A program made the translations under genes and the position numbers. DNA of 64,000 nucleotides from Octopus vulgaris. Taxonomy: Eukaryota. Each line of letters begins with the position of its first letter. The first letter of the stretch is position 1. The notes beneath the pieces were generated by a model that was given only the letters and a program-made list of their open reading frames with translations, made no database searches and was not told where the DNA came from. Location of the stretch: the NCBI GenBank assembly GCA_951406725.2, contig OX597814.1, forward strand, positions 217,682,001 to 217,746,000. Direction: 5' to 3'. Below are positions 1-13,505 of the stretch, piece by piece.

Positions 1-259
1 CCACACCCATTGCAGAGAGTTTCACCATAAGCCTTTTGTGTGGCACAGAGTTGAAAGCCTTAGCAAAGTCAAGGTAGACAACATCCACCCATGAGCCACT
101 GTCAGTAATCTGAGTAATGTCCTCAAGGAACTCGACAAGCTGGTCACTGCAGCTGGAGTTAGGGACAAATCCATATTGTGAGGGTCGGATGAGACTGTGA
201 GAGCTCCAGAAGTTCCAGAGTGTTTCTCTGACATATATATATATGTATGTATGTATGTT

Positions 260-480
260 GTGTGTGTGTGTTTGTCTGTGTTTGTCCCCCTAGCATTGCT
301 TGGCAACCGATGCTGGTGTGTTTACGTCGCCGTCACTTAGCGGTTCGGCAAAAGAGACCGATAGAATAAGTACTGGGCTTACAAAGAATAAGTCCCAGGG
401 TCGATTTGCTCGACTAAAGGCGGTGCTCCAGCATGGCCGCAGTCAAATGACTGAAACAAGTAAAAGAGTAAAAGAGAGAG
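260..480 (+). mobile_element. SINE family A, 3' half
   Basis: Near-identical to 7640-7856. Confidence 0.8.
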
Positions 481-1488
481 AGTCACTAAATATAAAATGG
501 TCTACTATATAATCCACTGTAATACTTCTACCAAAACTATGATCTTGTATAGCCCACTTCTTATATATTATGTAAGTTACATATAATTAGTGATCAAAAA
601 TAACATTTCTGTCCGATGGGACGTTCGCCTTTTTTCTGAATCTGCAACTGTGCGGGTGTGAGTGTCCTATTTTTGATTAGTTACATAATCAAACGTAACA
701 TATCTGTTGATATATTTAAAGTTGGTGACGCCTTTTAATAACATCAAAACAGTTTTCATTGCTTCGGTTGTTCAAGCCTTTAACAGTTTAATCATCACAA
801 CCCAAGCAGTACTTAGTTGTTGACTGTTGTTGTCTCAGGAATAAAAACTCAAACTTATGCTATGCTAACGATGCTGATGTTGACACTTAAGAAGTGGATG
901 ACAATGTCACGTATGACGGTGATGATGGTGGTGGCGGTGGTGGTATAGGAGGAGGAAGGGATGGTGGTAACGGTGAATAACGAAGAGGAGGTTAACAAAA
1001 GCAGCAACAATAATACTTCTGTTGTAGCTGATGATGGTGATTACAACAGTTATTGTTGCTCAGTGCTGTCAACTTCTTTCAGCAACTATATTAACCTAAC
1101 AAGTGATCCATAATTAATTATAGTACTGCTGTACTTCCCACTCGGCCCGACAACTTAACATCCTATCTCTCAGTGAGTATAGCAGGGACGGACACACGGA
1201 CACACATGTAAATAGTGTGTATTGGGTGTTGCAGTCATCTCCTCTTCTCTGTCCTAATCTCTACTTGTTTATGGTATGACTGCCCTGTAAACTGGACGAG
1301 CCTTTGTCTTTAAGGGCCAGAAATATAATTCAACCCATGTTTACTTATCCAATACTTTTTTCTGCCTTCGCCGCTGCACCACCCTACACGACTCAAGTGG
1401 GTAACTTGCCAAACATTTTTTCTACATGCTACAGATATACCTGTCTGCTTGCCTACCTGGCTACCTGCACACACTGCTCTCTCTCTCT

Positions 1489-1537
<49 letters not shown>

Positions 1538-2648
1538 GCATATCTCACAGAACTGAAAAGAACACACCCACATTTCACCTTGTTACTTTACGGTTCTACC
1601 AATATAGAAATTTGTTTCTTCACAATAGGTTTTGGTATTGGGATAATTACAACTATGCCTGGTTGTTTACTGCAGTTTCAGGACACGCGGTAGTAGCTGC
1701 TATTTAGCTACAGGCCAACCCTAATCGAACAAGCTAATGATCTACCATGTTCCAGACGTGACCATCCTCTTTTTTTTTCTTTACATAGGTTCACATTCTC
1801 CTCTCTGTATGTGTGTATGTGTGTGTGTGTAAATTTAGCTTCTATTTCTAGCAGGTCGAATGGCTTCTTAGAGACCTGCCTCTTTTGCTTGGGTTGTGTC
1901 GGTTCACTCTCCGTTGGTATGTGTGTGATTTCAGTTACGTGCAACAGTTTGCAGTCTGTTGTTTGTACTTGGGATTTGGCTTACATGTGCTTTATGTTGT
2001 TTACAAAACTATTGCGTTGTTTTGCTTCGTACAACTGTTAACAGGGGGGCGGTTGTTTCTTACTTCCATAAATAACAATTAGAGATAAAAACAACGCACA
2101 GGATGGAACAACGTCGAAGCAACTATGAATAGAAATGTATAAAACAATGAATTTAATAGTCTTTTGGAACAAACGTGCATAAATGGGGAAGCTAATGGCA
2201 TAAGTTCAGATTGGAGCTCCTCGACTTTGTTTCCTCATGACATTTTGCAAAATACATAAATCAATGAAATTTTGCTGGCACATTTTCAGCAATTTTACTT
2301 TTTTTCTTTTTGTCTTTAAAACATTATCATTATGTAATTTACTCTCTCAAACTGTATTGCTACAAAATGTCATTTAAAAATATTCAGAGAGCCATGCCTA
2401 AACTATGTTGACTGGGTGAAGCACCAATCTGCAGTTATGCCAAACGGATAGGAAATAAAAATTCAGTGTGTTGCATCAATTCTAAATAAAGATTTTCTCA
2501 AAGTATTTCTCCGAAAGCTAAGGTACTTTAATTTTCTTTTGAAGTAAACTAACATACTAGTCCACATCTATGAAAGAAATTTGACAGACAAACTCAAACT
2601 TCCAGGTTATTCGCACAAACACATTATTAACTTGTTATCTATTTACTT

Positions 2649-2688
2649 TATATATATGTATGTATATATGTATGTATGTATATATATG

Positions 2689-2764
<76 letters not shown>

Positions 2765-2830
2765 TATGTATATATATGTATGTATATATATGTATATATA
2801 TATATGTATGTATGTATATGTATATATATA
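2649..2830. repeat. (TA)/(TATG) compound microsatellite; many similar tracts occur across the window
   Basis: Directly visible. Explains the YI/IY-rich spurious ORFs. Confidence 0.95.
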
Positions 2831-5765
2831 ACTTTTCGGACCTTTGTAATTTCATTCCCTTCCTATTAATTCCAGTCAATACATTTTTCAAGTTTGTTGC
2901 ATCTCACCTCTCTGAACCCATTCAAAAGCCTTTTCCACAAACTCTACCCTACCGGACTTCTATTCCAACGGTACCAGCGACTATCTTTGCCTCTATGTTC
3001 TCTCTAACCTCCAATAATTCACGTTAATCATTAACTATACTCACCTCAGTCAGCCCTGGCTGATAGAAAATATACACGTGTGTCATTACACTTGTATTGA
3101 AAGGTCAGTTAGTGAATTTAATATAGTAAACATCTATCAATAGATGAACCATAGGATAAGAGTATATCCTCCCCATCAGACACGGATTATCATAAACAAT
3201 ATTTAACGCTGGTTAAACTATAACAAAATAACCCCAAGTCATGTCACTGAAAATACTAATCTATAAAAACAGGATGATTTGTAAAATATTAAAAAAAAAA
3301 ACATGAGTACGTTGCAAAATAACATTTTCTGGGGCAGAAAATGGAAAACGTTCAGTATTGGTAGTTAGTGGTCATATAAACATATAAACAACATATTACG
3401 CATTGAATCTAAAGTTTGAAGATTCTTAGCAGATTTTGTTAATTCTTGTACAAATCACGAACATTCTCTTGGCACGTATGACGTTAGCTTCTAGTACTGA
3501 GAAGATCAAATAATCTGCATGATCTAATACATTTTATAAGTTTTCACGAAAGCCTGAAAGCTATTCCTCACAACTGGTTAAAGTAAGGCAGTTTAGGTAT
3601 TCAGTAGTATTCTACTTAAAAGCAAACAAATTCATTCCATCTTGTTTGTTTCTATAAAGCCTCATGTCATCATCGCTCTGACAGACAATGGAAATTATGC
3701 AGTTTAGTATTAAATGCTTACTGCTGGATAGCTTCAAGTTAGTAAACACGATTAAAGATGTTCTTGTGTGACTATCTCATCATTTTACATATAAAGGACA
3801 CACTGGACTATATTACCCCACCCTATTAATATCATTTAAAATGTTTGAAGGAGACTTGGCTGTTATTTTTAGCTGCTCGAATAACTGCGTAGCGGTTCAC
3901 GCACCAGCTCGCAGAGATGAAAGCTTTTTTTTTTTTTGATCAATGGCAATTAACCATCTCTCACCAGAATAACTTTTGAAAGGCATCTGAAGTATTTTTA
4001 AAAAAAGAAATTAAACTTTATAAAGTTTAAGGCTTCCTATAGAATAACGACGAAAAGTTCAAGTTGAAATTTTTAAGAAATACATTTGACTCGAATAAGT
4101 CTTATTTCATTGAAAGTTCTCATTGCATCTAATTAAAGAAAATTTGAACGAGACGGGTGCGTGTGTGTGTGTAATGTTTACATGGCAATTTAGTTAACAG
4201 CCATAAGTTTTATTTCTTCCTAAATACTTCGAGGTAGCCCGCTCGTAATAAAATGAATTGATAAAAGGAAACTTTCGATATTCATATTATTTATTCAACA
4301 ATCAACGTAATTTCATTTTTTTAGGCTGCGGAAACGTCGCATCGTACATAATAAGTTTTGTAGGCATAACTGGTGAGGATGAGAGTGTAAGTGTACTTCT
4401 TGTATTTCTACGATTTGAAAAATTAAGTTTGAAGTTTGCTCAGTAAAAAAATACAGTTTAACTTGTAACCTATTTCGTAGACTTTTTAAAATAACGCATA
4501 ACATCCCCCTCCCCTCCGAAGTATAAAGTATTTAGTGTATGTATATATATATATAGACAACAGTTACAAAGAATACGGGATATATTAAGGTCAATCAACT
4601 TGAATTGCTCGAATAACGGTAGGGGCAAAGGGGTTAGTGCCCAGCAGTAGAAGCAGCAGCCGTTAGTCAATGTCAGGGGGTCAGCAGTAGTTGCGACGTC
4701 ACTGTCTGTACATGTCTTGCCCTCCCCTTCAAACTACAAAGTTTTATTTGCTGCGCAGAATCTCGAACTTCCTCCTTCTCCTTTGCTTTGTTGTACCTCA
4801 GAGTGTCTGCAGTCCAAAACAATAGAAGTTTACCCCATGTTCCTTCCCGTCTCTCTAAAATAATTAAAACGTTAACTGGGTTACTATACAGAACCTGCAA
4901 CGCTTCTAACGCCCTCAACGAGCACCTGCACATTCTCCTTTGTCGTTGTTTGATCTAATTTCGATCATTTTCCTTTGTTTATATATTTGTTTCTGAGCGA
5001 TTCAGGAGAGGCATACACATTTACCCATCTATTAAATCATTCAAAGAAATTCTTTAGTAATTTCTTCCTCCCCCCCGTTCAATCTGACTTATTTCTAGAA
5101 CTCCCTTTTTCGAATTTTTAACAGAAGCCTGACTTCCGGTTTGTAAACACACAAAACAATCAGAATTATTTATTTGCAATAAATAAAATATTAGACTACT
5201 AAGCTGAGTTCGTTACTATTAAATGTGTTTCACTATCGGTTACGATATGCTATGTGTTCCAGTTCAGATCGTTGTTGGGAACCTGAGGATATTGGGGCGG
5301 TTCGTTACGTTCTGAGTTCAAATTCCGCCGAGGTCAACTTTGCCTTTCATCCTTTCGGGGTCGATTAAATAAGTACCAGTTACGCACTGGAGTCGATGTA
5401 ATTGACTTATTTATTCCCTTTGTTTGTCATTGTTTGTCCCCTCTAGGTTTAGTCCCCTGTGGGCAATAAAGAAATATAAATGGAATAGGATTTTATTTTT
5501 GTCAACGGCAATTAACCATCTTTAAACCTAAGGGTTTAAGGGGATATTTTTTACCTTTCGTTTATTTCAGTCATTAGATATCGACATTGCTTGGGCATCG
5601 CCCTGAAGAATTTCTAGTCGACTGAATCGACCCCAGTACATTTCTTTAAGCTTGGTACTTATTTTATCAAGTCCTTTGCCGGACCGCTAGGTTACGAGGA
5701 CGTAAACATACCAATACCGGTTGTCAAGCAGTGGTGGGAGACAAAACACACACACACAAACAAAC

Positions 5766-5821
<56 letters not shown>

Positions 5822-6102
5822 AGATATATGTGAATATGCGGGTGTGTATATGTGTATATATATATATATGTAGATGTACAAGTGAGAGCCTCCCCACTTA
5901 CCTAAAACTCTATTTTTCTATTTATATATTTTTTTATCTTTTTATTCTTTTATTTATTCTTTTATCTACTTTACCACCGATTCCTTTGACCACTCCCCTA
6001 ATAATGACAGTTTTGCGCCATGCCTACCCCCAAAAAAGTCCCCCACCACCACCCATTTAAACCTGCCTAAATGTATAAATGCCAAAACAACTCTTGTCTA
6101 CT

Positions 6103-6153
6103 AGCTTCCTGATGATTTCTTTTGAATGAAACAGTTCTAGTCCTGTAGAAGCT
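6103..6153 (+). ncRNA. Type I hammerhead ribozyme motif (weak stem II)
   Basis: agcuuc-CUGAUGA-uuuc(uuuu)gaau-GAAACAG(uucuaguc)CUGUA-gaagcu. Stem I 6 bp, stem III 4 bp, GUA site. The first stem II pair is U.U. Confidence 0.7.
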
Positions 6154-6480
6154 CCTTCTATAAAATAAATTAATTTACTCTGCTATGTATTGAGTACCTT
6201 ATTTACTGTGGTTAACCCCGACTCAACCCGGGACCTACATATATATATATATATATATGCAGCATATATATATATATATATGCAGCACGGACTTTGTCAG
6301 TGAACAGGTCGCGGATTTTAGCGACGAAAATATTTTGACAAATTAAACTTAAATGTTGGAGTGAATCGAACGGCTTTTGTGTGTTTCTTAAATGGCTTAT
6401 AAACACCTCCCACGCTGCAATTGTTTTCGTTTCAGCACACGATCTCAGATCAAATTACTTGCTATGCGAGTACATCTCCG

Positions 6481-6514
<34 letters not shown>

Positions 6515-7434
6515 CTGAGTTCAAATTCCGCCGAGGTCGACTTTGCCTTTCATCCTTTCGGGGTCGATTAAATAAGTACCAGTTATGCACTGGGGTCGAT
6601 GTAATCGACTTAATCCCTTTGTACTTGTTTGTCCCCTCTATGTTTATCCCCTTGTGGGCAATAAAGAAATATATATTATCCGAAATGTATAATATTAAAT
6701 ATCTATCATGGCTGATCTTACCAATCAGTTTTGCATAAAGAATAAAATAACACAATGGTGTGTTAGGTAATAATCTGATTATATAACTTTACGCTCATCA
6801 GAGTTAGCCAATATGGAAGGGAATATGGCAACTGTTCTCTGTTATTGGAGATGAATTATATTATACGTGGGGCTTCGTTCAGTTTCCGCCTACCAAATCG
6901 ACTTACAAGGTTTTTAGGTCGGCCGTAAGCTATAGTAGAAGACACTTGCCCAAAGTACCACTCAGGGTGACTCTCCCAGAACCATGTGGCTGGGATACAA
7001 GCCTCTTACCACACAGCCTATATCTAACAATTTTTTTTTTAAACATTTTCATTGGGAATTATTCTGTGAGTTGTTATACACAATGACCAAACTGCACAGA
7101 AAAAGTCGACACACATACATATGGGTACAGACTAACGTTTATTTTCAAATTATTATTTTACCGTTTGTTCTCCAGAGTAGCACACAAACATAATAAAGAA
7201 TGTTTATGTAATAAAAGTTGCGATGTTGCTTTCAAAGGATGATGAATTTCTGAGTTATTTGTTTGAAAATCACTAAATGTATAGGACGGTTAACCATGAG
7301 AGAAGTTCAAGATATGGGAGAAGTTATTTATCTGAATACCCATAAAAGTATCACCCTTTAGAGTCTATTGTTCAATAAACTATTAAGTAGATTTTTTTTT
7401 AAAATGGGTCCTCTACCCATTAAAACACATATAC

Positions 7435-7856
7435 ATAGGCGCAGGAGTGGCTGTGTGGTAAGTAGCTTGCTAACCAACCACATGGTTCCAGGTTCAGTCC
7501 CACTGTGTGGCATCTTGGGCAAGTGTCTTCTGCTATAGCCCCGGGTCGACCAATGCCTTGTGAGTGGATTTGGTAAACTGAAAGAAGCCTGTCGTATATA
7601 TGTGTATATGTGTGTATGTATATATATATATATACGTGTGTGTGTCTGTGTTTGTCCCCCTAGCATTGCTTGACAACCGATGCTGGTGTGTTTACGTCCC
7701 CATCACTTAGTGGTTCAGCAAAAGAGACCGATAGAATAAGAACTGGGCTTACAAAGAATAAGTCCCGGGGTCGATTTGCTCGACTAAAGGCGGTGCTCCA
7801 GCATGGCCGCAGTCAAAATGACTGAAACAAGTAAAAGAGTAAAAGAGTAAAAGAGT
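7435..7856 (+). mobile_element. Full-length tRNA-derived SINE (family A) with central microsatellite and (gtaaaaga)n tail
   Basis: A-box-like tggctgtgtgg, B-box-like ggttcagtccc and a tandem tail. Partial copies at about 260-480, 5560-5760, 6865-7020, 12360-12480, 21745-21890, 27110-27580, 27905-28055, 46655-47050, 48743-48880, 51512-51685 and 57140-57355. Confidence 0.85.
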
Positions 7857-7920
7857 ATAATATAATACATACGTTTATACCACATGTGGAGCATTGGCGA
7901 TTTTTTCCCTCCATTTCCTG

Positions 7921-7953
7921 TTTCTGACGAAGAGCTTCGCTTGAAATGTAAAA
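7921..7953 (+). ncRNA. Degenerate minimal hammerhead-like motif
   Basis: uuu-CUGACGA-a-gagc(uuc)gcuu-GAAAUGUA-aaa. Same layout as 51867, with CpG-type transitions. Confidence 0.5.
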
Positions 7954-8050
7954 ACTACCTTTCTTTCTTTCCCTCGGCATCTGCTAATACTTTGCATGTA
8001 CCACATCCTCACATTGTTGCTTGTTTCTTGTGTTTGTTCTTCGTCTATAT

Positions 8051-11000
8051 CATCGTCATCATCGTCATCATCATCATCGTTTAGCGTCCGCTTTCCATGC
8101 TGGCATGGGTTGGACGGTTCGACTGGGGTCTGGGAAGCCAGAAGGCTGCAACCAGGCCCAGTCTGATCTGGCAATGTTTCTACGACTGGATGCCCTTCCT
8201 AACGCCAACCACTCCCTGAGTGTAGTGGGTGCTATTTACGTGCCACCGGCACAGGTGCCAGACGAGTCTGGCAAACGGCCACGATCGGATGGTGCTTTTT
8301 ATGTGCCACCGGCACGGGAGCCAAGCGAGGCTGGCAACGGCCACAAATGGATGGTGCTTTTTACGTGCCACCGGCATGAGACCAGTCGGGGCGGCGCTGG
8401 TTACGCCCACGTTCAGGATGGTTCTCTTACGTGCCACTGGCACTGGTATCTCAGCTGCAATTTCCATTGATCGATTTTGATTCTCACTTGCCTCAACAGG
8501 TCTTCACAAGTAGAGTTTTGTGTCCCAAGAAGGGAAGGTATGCATAAGTGGACTGGCTACATCCCATGTAGAAGGCCATGGGTTATGGTCTCACTTGTCC
8601 TGCCGGGTCTTCTCACGCACCGCATACTTCCAGAGGTCTCAGTCTCTAGTCATTTCCTAAAGTTCGAAGGTCGTGCTTCACCACCTCGTCCCAGGTTTTC
8701 CTGGGTCTGCCTCTTCCACAGGTTCCCTCAACCACTAGGGTGTGGCACTTTTTCACACAACTATCTTCACCCATTCTCGCCACATGACCATACAAGCGCG
8801 AACGTCTCTCTTGCACACCAAATCTGATGCTTCTTAGGTCCAGCTTTTCTCTCAAGGTACTTACACCCTGTCGAGTATGAACACTGACATTACACATCCA
8901 TCGGAGCATACTGGCTTCATTTCTTGAGAGCTTACGCATATCCACAGCAGTCACGGCCCATGTTTCACTGCCATGTAGCATGGCTGTTCATACACACGCG
9001 TCATACAGTCTGCCTTTTACTCTGAGTGAGAGGCCTTTTGTCACCAGCAGAGGTAAGAGCTCTCTGAACTTTGCCCAAGCTATTCTTACTCTAGCAGTTA
9101 CACTTTCAGCACACCCGCCCCCGCTACTGACTTGGTCACCTAGGTAATGGAAGCTATCAACCATTTCTAGTTTTTCTCCCTGGAAAGTGGCAGAAGTTGG
9201 TCTCAGAGCATTGTCAGTGTTTATTGCTCCTGAGCATCTGCCACATACAAAAACCATCTTCCCAGTTAGCCTTCCTTTGATATTGCTGCACCTCTTATGT
9301 GTCCATAGCTTACACTTGGTGCATCTTATAGAGTTTCTACCTACACCTTTTCTACAGATCGAGCAGGGCCATCTACCTGAAGGCGTTTGTGATTTGTCTA
9401 CCTTCCTGCTTATTAGGAATTTGGTTTTAGCTAGGTTGACTCTAAGGCCCTTCGATTCTAATCCTTGCTTCCACACCTGAAACTTCTCCTCCAGTTCTGA
9501 TAGTGACTCAGCAATTAGAGCAAGGTCATCAGCATAGAGGAGCTCCCAGGGGCATCCTGTCTTGAATTCCTCCGTTATTGCCTGGAGGACTATGATAAAT
9601 AGGAGGGGGCTGAGGACTGAGCCTTGGTGGACCCCTACCTCTACCCGGAATTCTTCACTGTACTCGTTGCCAACCCTCACCTTACTAGCAGCGTCCCTGT
9701 ACATGGCTTGCACAGCTCTCACTAACCATTGATCTATCCCTAGTTTCCTCATTGACCACCAGATAAGGGGTCGGGGGACCCTGTCGAAGGCTTTCTCCAT
9801 GTCAACAAAAGTCAGGTACAGGGACTTATCTTTGGCTAGGTATTTCTCCTGCAGCTGCCTTACCAGGAATATAGCATCAGTGGTACTTTTCCCTGGCATG
9901 AACCCAAACTGCATCTCGTCTAAACTAACTCTCTCTAATTAGTTGGGCTATGACCCTCTCCATAACCTTCATTACCTGATCCAACAGCTTGATACCTCTG
10001 TAATTATTTGTATCTAGGGCGTCACCTTTACCTTTGTAGCAGTTGACTATTATGCTGCTACACCAGTCATTGGGTATGACCCCTTTGTGTATCACCTGAT
10101 TAACTATACGGGTGACTAGGCTATAGCCGACACTACCAGATATTTTGAGCATCTCTGCAGTGATTCCTGATGGGCTGGGGGCTTTCCCTGTCTTCATACA
10201 TTTTATTTCTTTATCTACCAAGATACTGTCAACTTGAATAGCTGGTCCCTCTGTTGGGTCAACATTCGGCAGACTCTCTTTATCCCATTCATTTTCTTTA
10301 TTCAGCAACCTTTCATAGTGGCGTCTCCAAACCTCTCTCTTTGCATCCTCATTTAGCGCAAGTGAACCATCTCCCATGCGAACACATTTCTCTCCTACCA
10401 CATCACGATTCTCTCTCACACACTGTCTTGCAACACGAAATACCTCCAGTCTTTGGTCCTCACAGCGCAGAACATTGGCAAATTTTTTCTTATCTGCTTC
10501 CCCTCTGGCTAGATAGACCTGTCTTCTAGCTTCCCTTTTGGCAGTCTGATACAATTCCCTGCTACCCCCATTTTTCCAGTCTTTCCAAGCCTGTCTCTTT
10601 TCTCTAATAGCCCTATCTACAACACTGTTCCACCACTACGTTACCTTGGGACGAGAGGGGACTTTGCACCAGCCACAGATCTGGTCAGTGGCTCTCAGCA
10701 GGTTGTCCCTTAGAAACGTCCAGTTGCCTTCTACCCCATGTGATACTCTATCCCCTTCTACTTTGTCAAAGGCTTCAAGTAACATGTCCCTAAATCTCTG
10801 TCCATTCGCAGGATCTTTAAGCTTCCATATCCTTCTTCTCCATGTTGGTGGTCTTCTGGTTGTCCTCTTAGTCCTGATCCTAAAGTCACTAACTACCAGT
10901 CTATGTTGCAGGGTACATTCTTCGCCTGGGAAGGTTTTGGCATTTATAAGCAGCCATCTCTCCCTTTGCCTGGCAAGGATGTAGTCAATTTGGCTGGTAT

Positions 11001-11563
11001 GTTGGCCCGATCGGTAGGTGACTAGGTGGCTGGTAGGTTTCCTGAAGTTTGTGTTGCAAACCATAAGATTATTTGCATCGCAGAACTCCAGCAGCCTGGT
11101 TCCCGCCTCGTTGCGGGAACCATAGCCATAGTCAACAAAGTAGTCTGCAGTAGGGTGTCATAGAATCGGTCTTTCTGTCCATCGGGTAGCCCCGGCTGAG
11201 GAGCATAGGCCGATATAATGGTTGCTAATCCATGATGAAGCACTTATCTAATCTTAAGTATTCTGTCACATACTCTGATTACCTCAATTACTTTATCTAC
11301 CCATTTCTCAGCGATAAGTATACCCACGCCACCAGCCCCGTCAGTGTTCCCTGCCCAGAAAATCTTGTACCTGTGTTCCTTGCCTGTGAGGAACCTAGCA
11401 GAACCTCCTCTCCACCTTACTTCTTGCATGCAACATATATCAACACATCTCCGTTCAAGCATCTTGACTATCTCGCTAGACCTACCTTTCAGTGTGCCAA
11501 CGTTGAGGGTGCCAACCCTGAGGGTGTGGGAGGTATAGGCCCTTGAGACCCTAGGACGGTGGA
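8051..11563 (-). mobile_element. RTE-type non-LTR retrotransposon, nearly full ORF (AP endonuclease + RT), disabled
   Basis: APE motifs (LRVGTLNVGTL, DICCMQE, SAYAPQ, SQIDYIL, QHRLVV) and RT motifs (NYRGIKLL, QFGFMPGKST, DMEKAFD, GVHQGSVLSP, YADD, FHYLG). Stops at about 10636 and 8988, frameshifts near 9920 and 8650, and a deletion near 11130 removing the GDFN motif. About 550-nt 3'UTR ending in (GAT)n. Confidence 0.95.
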
Positions 11564-11837
11564 CATATATATATCTATATATATATATATATATATATAT
11601 ATAGGTATAAAAATTATATATAAAGAAACAAGAACGTGAAATACACAAAGGGACGAACACAGAAAACAGACGGGTCATTCGAAGCCTTTAATCTTCAGTC
11701 AGAAACTGGATCATCATAGCAAATTTCGGCTGATTAATTCTGATATTTGCTCCAACGCGGCCAGCCCCAAGGAAAAACTAAGCTGTGAGCATTAGATTTC
11801 CTGGAAAAAGGAACGAATGTAAACGCAACAAGGACGA

Positions 11838-11909
<72 letters not shown>

Positions 11910-12489
11910 TAATCCAAACAAGAAAACACCAAAAAAACAAAAAAACACAACAACGCGAGGACGTGGAACAAATAAAGTATTATTGGACGCTCAGGAAAGA
12001 AGGGAAGAAGGAGGATTTAACGTTTCGAGCGGAGCTCTTCATATATATGTATATATATAATCATCATCACACAACTTTTTTAACATCCACTTTTCCATGC
12101 TTCAATGGTTCAGATGAAATTTGTCGAAGCAGATTTCCTCCGATTGATGGCCATCTTGTCCCCAACTCTCAATTATTTCCTAGCAAGACAATATTTCCCC
12201 CATGACCAAACATGTTTCTGCAGATGATTGGAAACAAACGACACTGCTTGTAAGACAGTGATATGCATTTACGACTATCATGCGATATCAAGATGAGGAG
12301 ATAAAACACACACACACTCATGCATGCATGCATACACACACACACACATATATATACATCAGGTTTCTTTCAGTTTCCCTCTACCAAATCCACATCCAAA
12401 GTTATAGTAGAAGACATTTGCCCAAAGTGCCACACAATGGGACTGAAACCATGAGGGTGAGAAACAAACTCAACCACACAGTCAAGGAT

Positions 12490-13505
12490 AGATGAATGGC
12501 TTGTAAAATCTATACAATACATGTACAGGGGTGCTGTCGGTAAGGTGAGAGTTTGCAAAGAGTACAGCAATGAATTTAAAGTACAGGTAGGAGTTCATGA
12601 AGGTTTGACTCTCAGTCCCCTCCAATTCATCATTGTCATCCAGGCCATAACAGAAGAATTTAAGACTGGCTACCCTTGGGACATATTATATACTAACAAC
12701 TTCATAGAATTAGAAAAAAAATTTCAGGTGTGTAAGCAAAACTTTGAAGCTAATTTAGCGAAATTCTCGTTAGTAGGAAAGCAAACAGGACTTTACTCTC
12801 AACAGTAAATGGCCCTGCTCAATATGTAGGAAAGGTGTTGCCAGGAATTCTATTTGGTGTATTCAGTGTGTGCTATGGACACACAAGAAGGACAGTGGAA
12901 TCACAGGAAGGTTGTCAGAAAAAGTAGCAATAAACACTAGATTTTCTTGAATGCTCTGTAGGTCGCAGATAGTTTCTGTCACCTAGGTGACCTAATTAGC
13001 AAAGGAGGAGGATGTTCTGAAGGTATAGTTGCTAGGATAAAAATAGGTTGGACAAAGTTCAGAGAGCTGTTACCGTCAATAAGAGTCTCTCCCCCCAGTC
13101 TCTCTCTCTCAGTGAAATTGTATGATGTTTGTGCATGAACAACAATGCTACATGGTAGTGAGTTGTGGGCTCTAAATGTAGAGGACATGCAAAGACTAGA
13201 AAGGAGAGGAGCTAGTATGCTCTGATGGATGTTGTACATGTATGACAATGTGTTGAGAGAAAAATTGAGCATAAGCGAAATCAAAGCATGTAAGAAAGAA
13301 GACTGGCCTGGTTTGGTCATGTGATGAGGACAGCTGTGTAAAGAAATGCTGGTTGCTTAATGTGTATGAAATTTATGGAAGATCGAAACTCAGGATGACA
13401 TGGGATGATGTAGTGATGGTTAATCTCAAGAAATTAAGCCTCATGGAAGGGATGACGAAGGACTGAGATGATTGGTGATTCATTGTGCTTGAGAAAACAT
13501 GTTAA
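12490..13505 (+). mobile_element. Older, decayed RT fragment of a related RTE-type LINE
   Basis: MYRGAVGKVRVCKEYSNEFKVQVGVHEGLTLSPLQFIIVIQAITEEFKTG parallels the 8988-9914 ORF. WPCSICRKGV finger remnant near 12810. Many stops and indels. Confidence 0.85.

Noticed and set aside
2581-3027. Tyr/Ile/Met/Cys-rich ORFs here and at other (TA)n tracts
   Set aside because: These are translations of microsatellites.
4673-4933. 86-aa minus-strand ORF
   Set aside because: No recognisable domain and no supporting splice structure.
6790-6805. Isolated CTGANGA words (also near 34690, 36188 and 42083)
   Set aside because: No stem II plus GAAA and cleavage triplet at a suitable distance.
8051-11563. Active LINE
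   Set aside because: Premature stops, frameshifts and loss of the endonuclease GDFN motif. The 5' end is truncated at a (TA)n tract.
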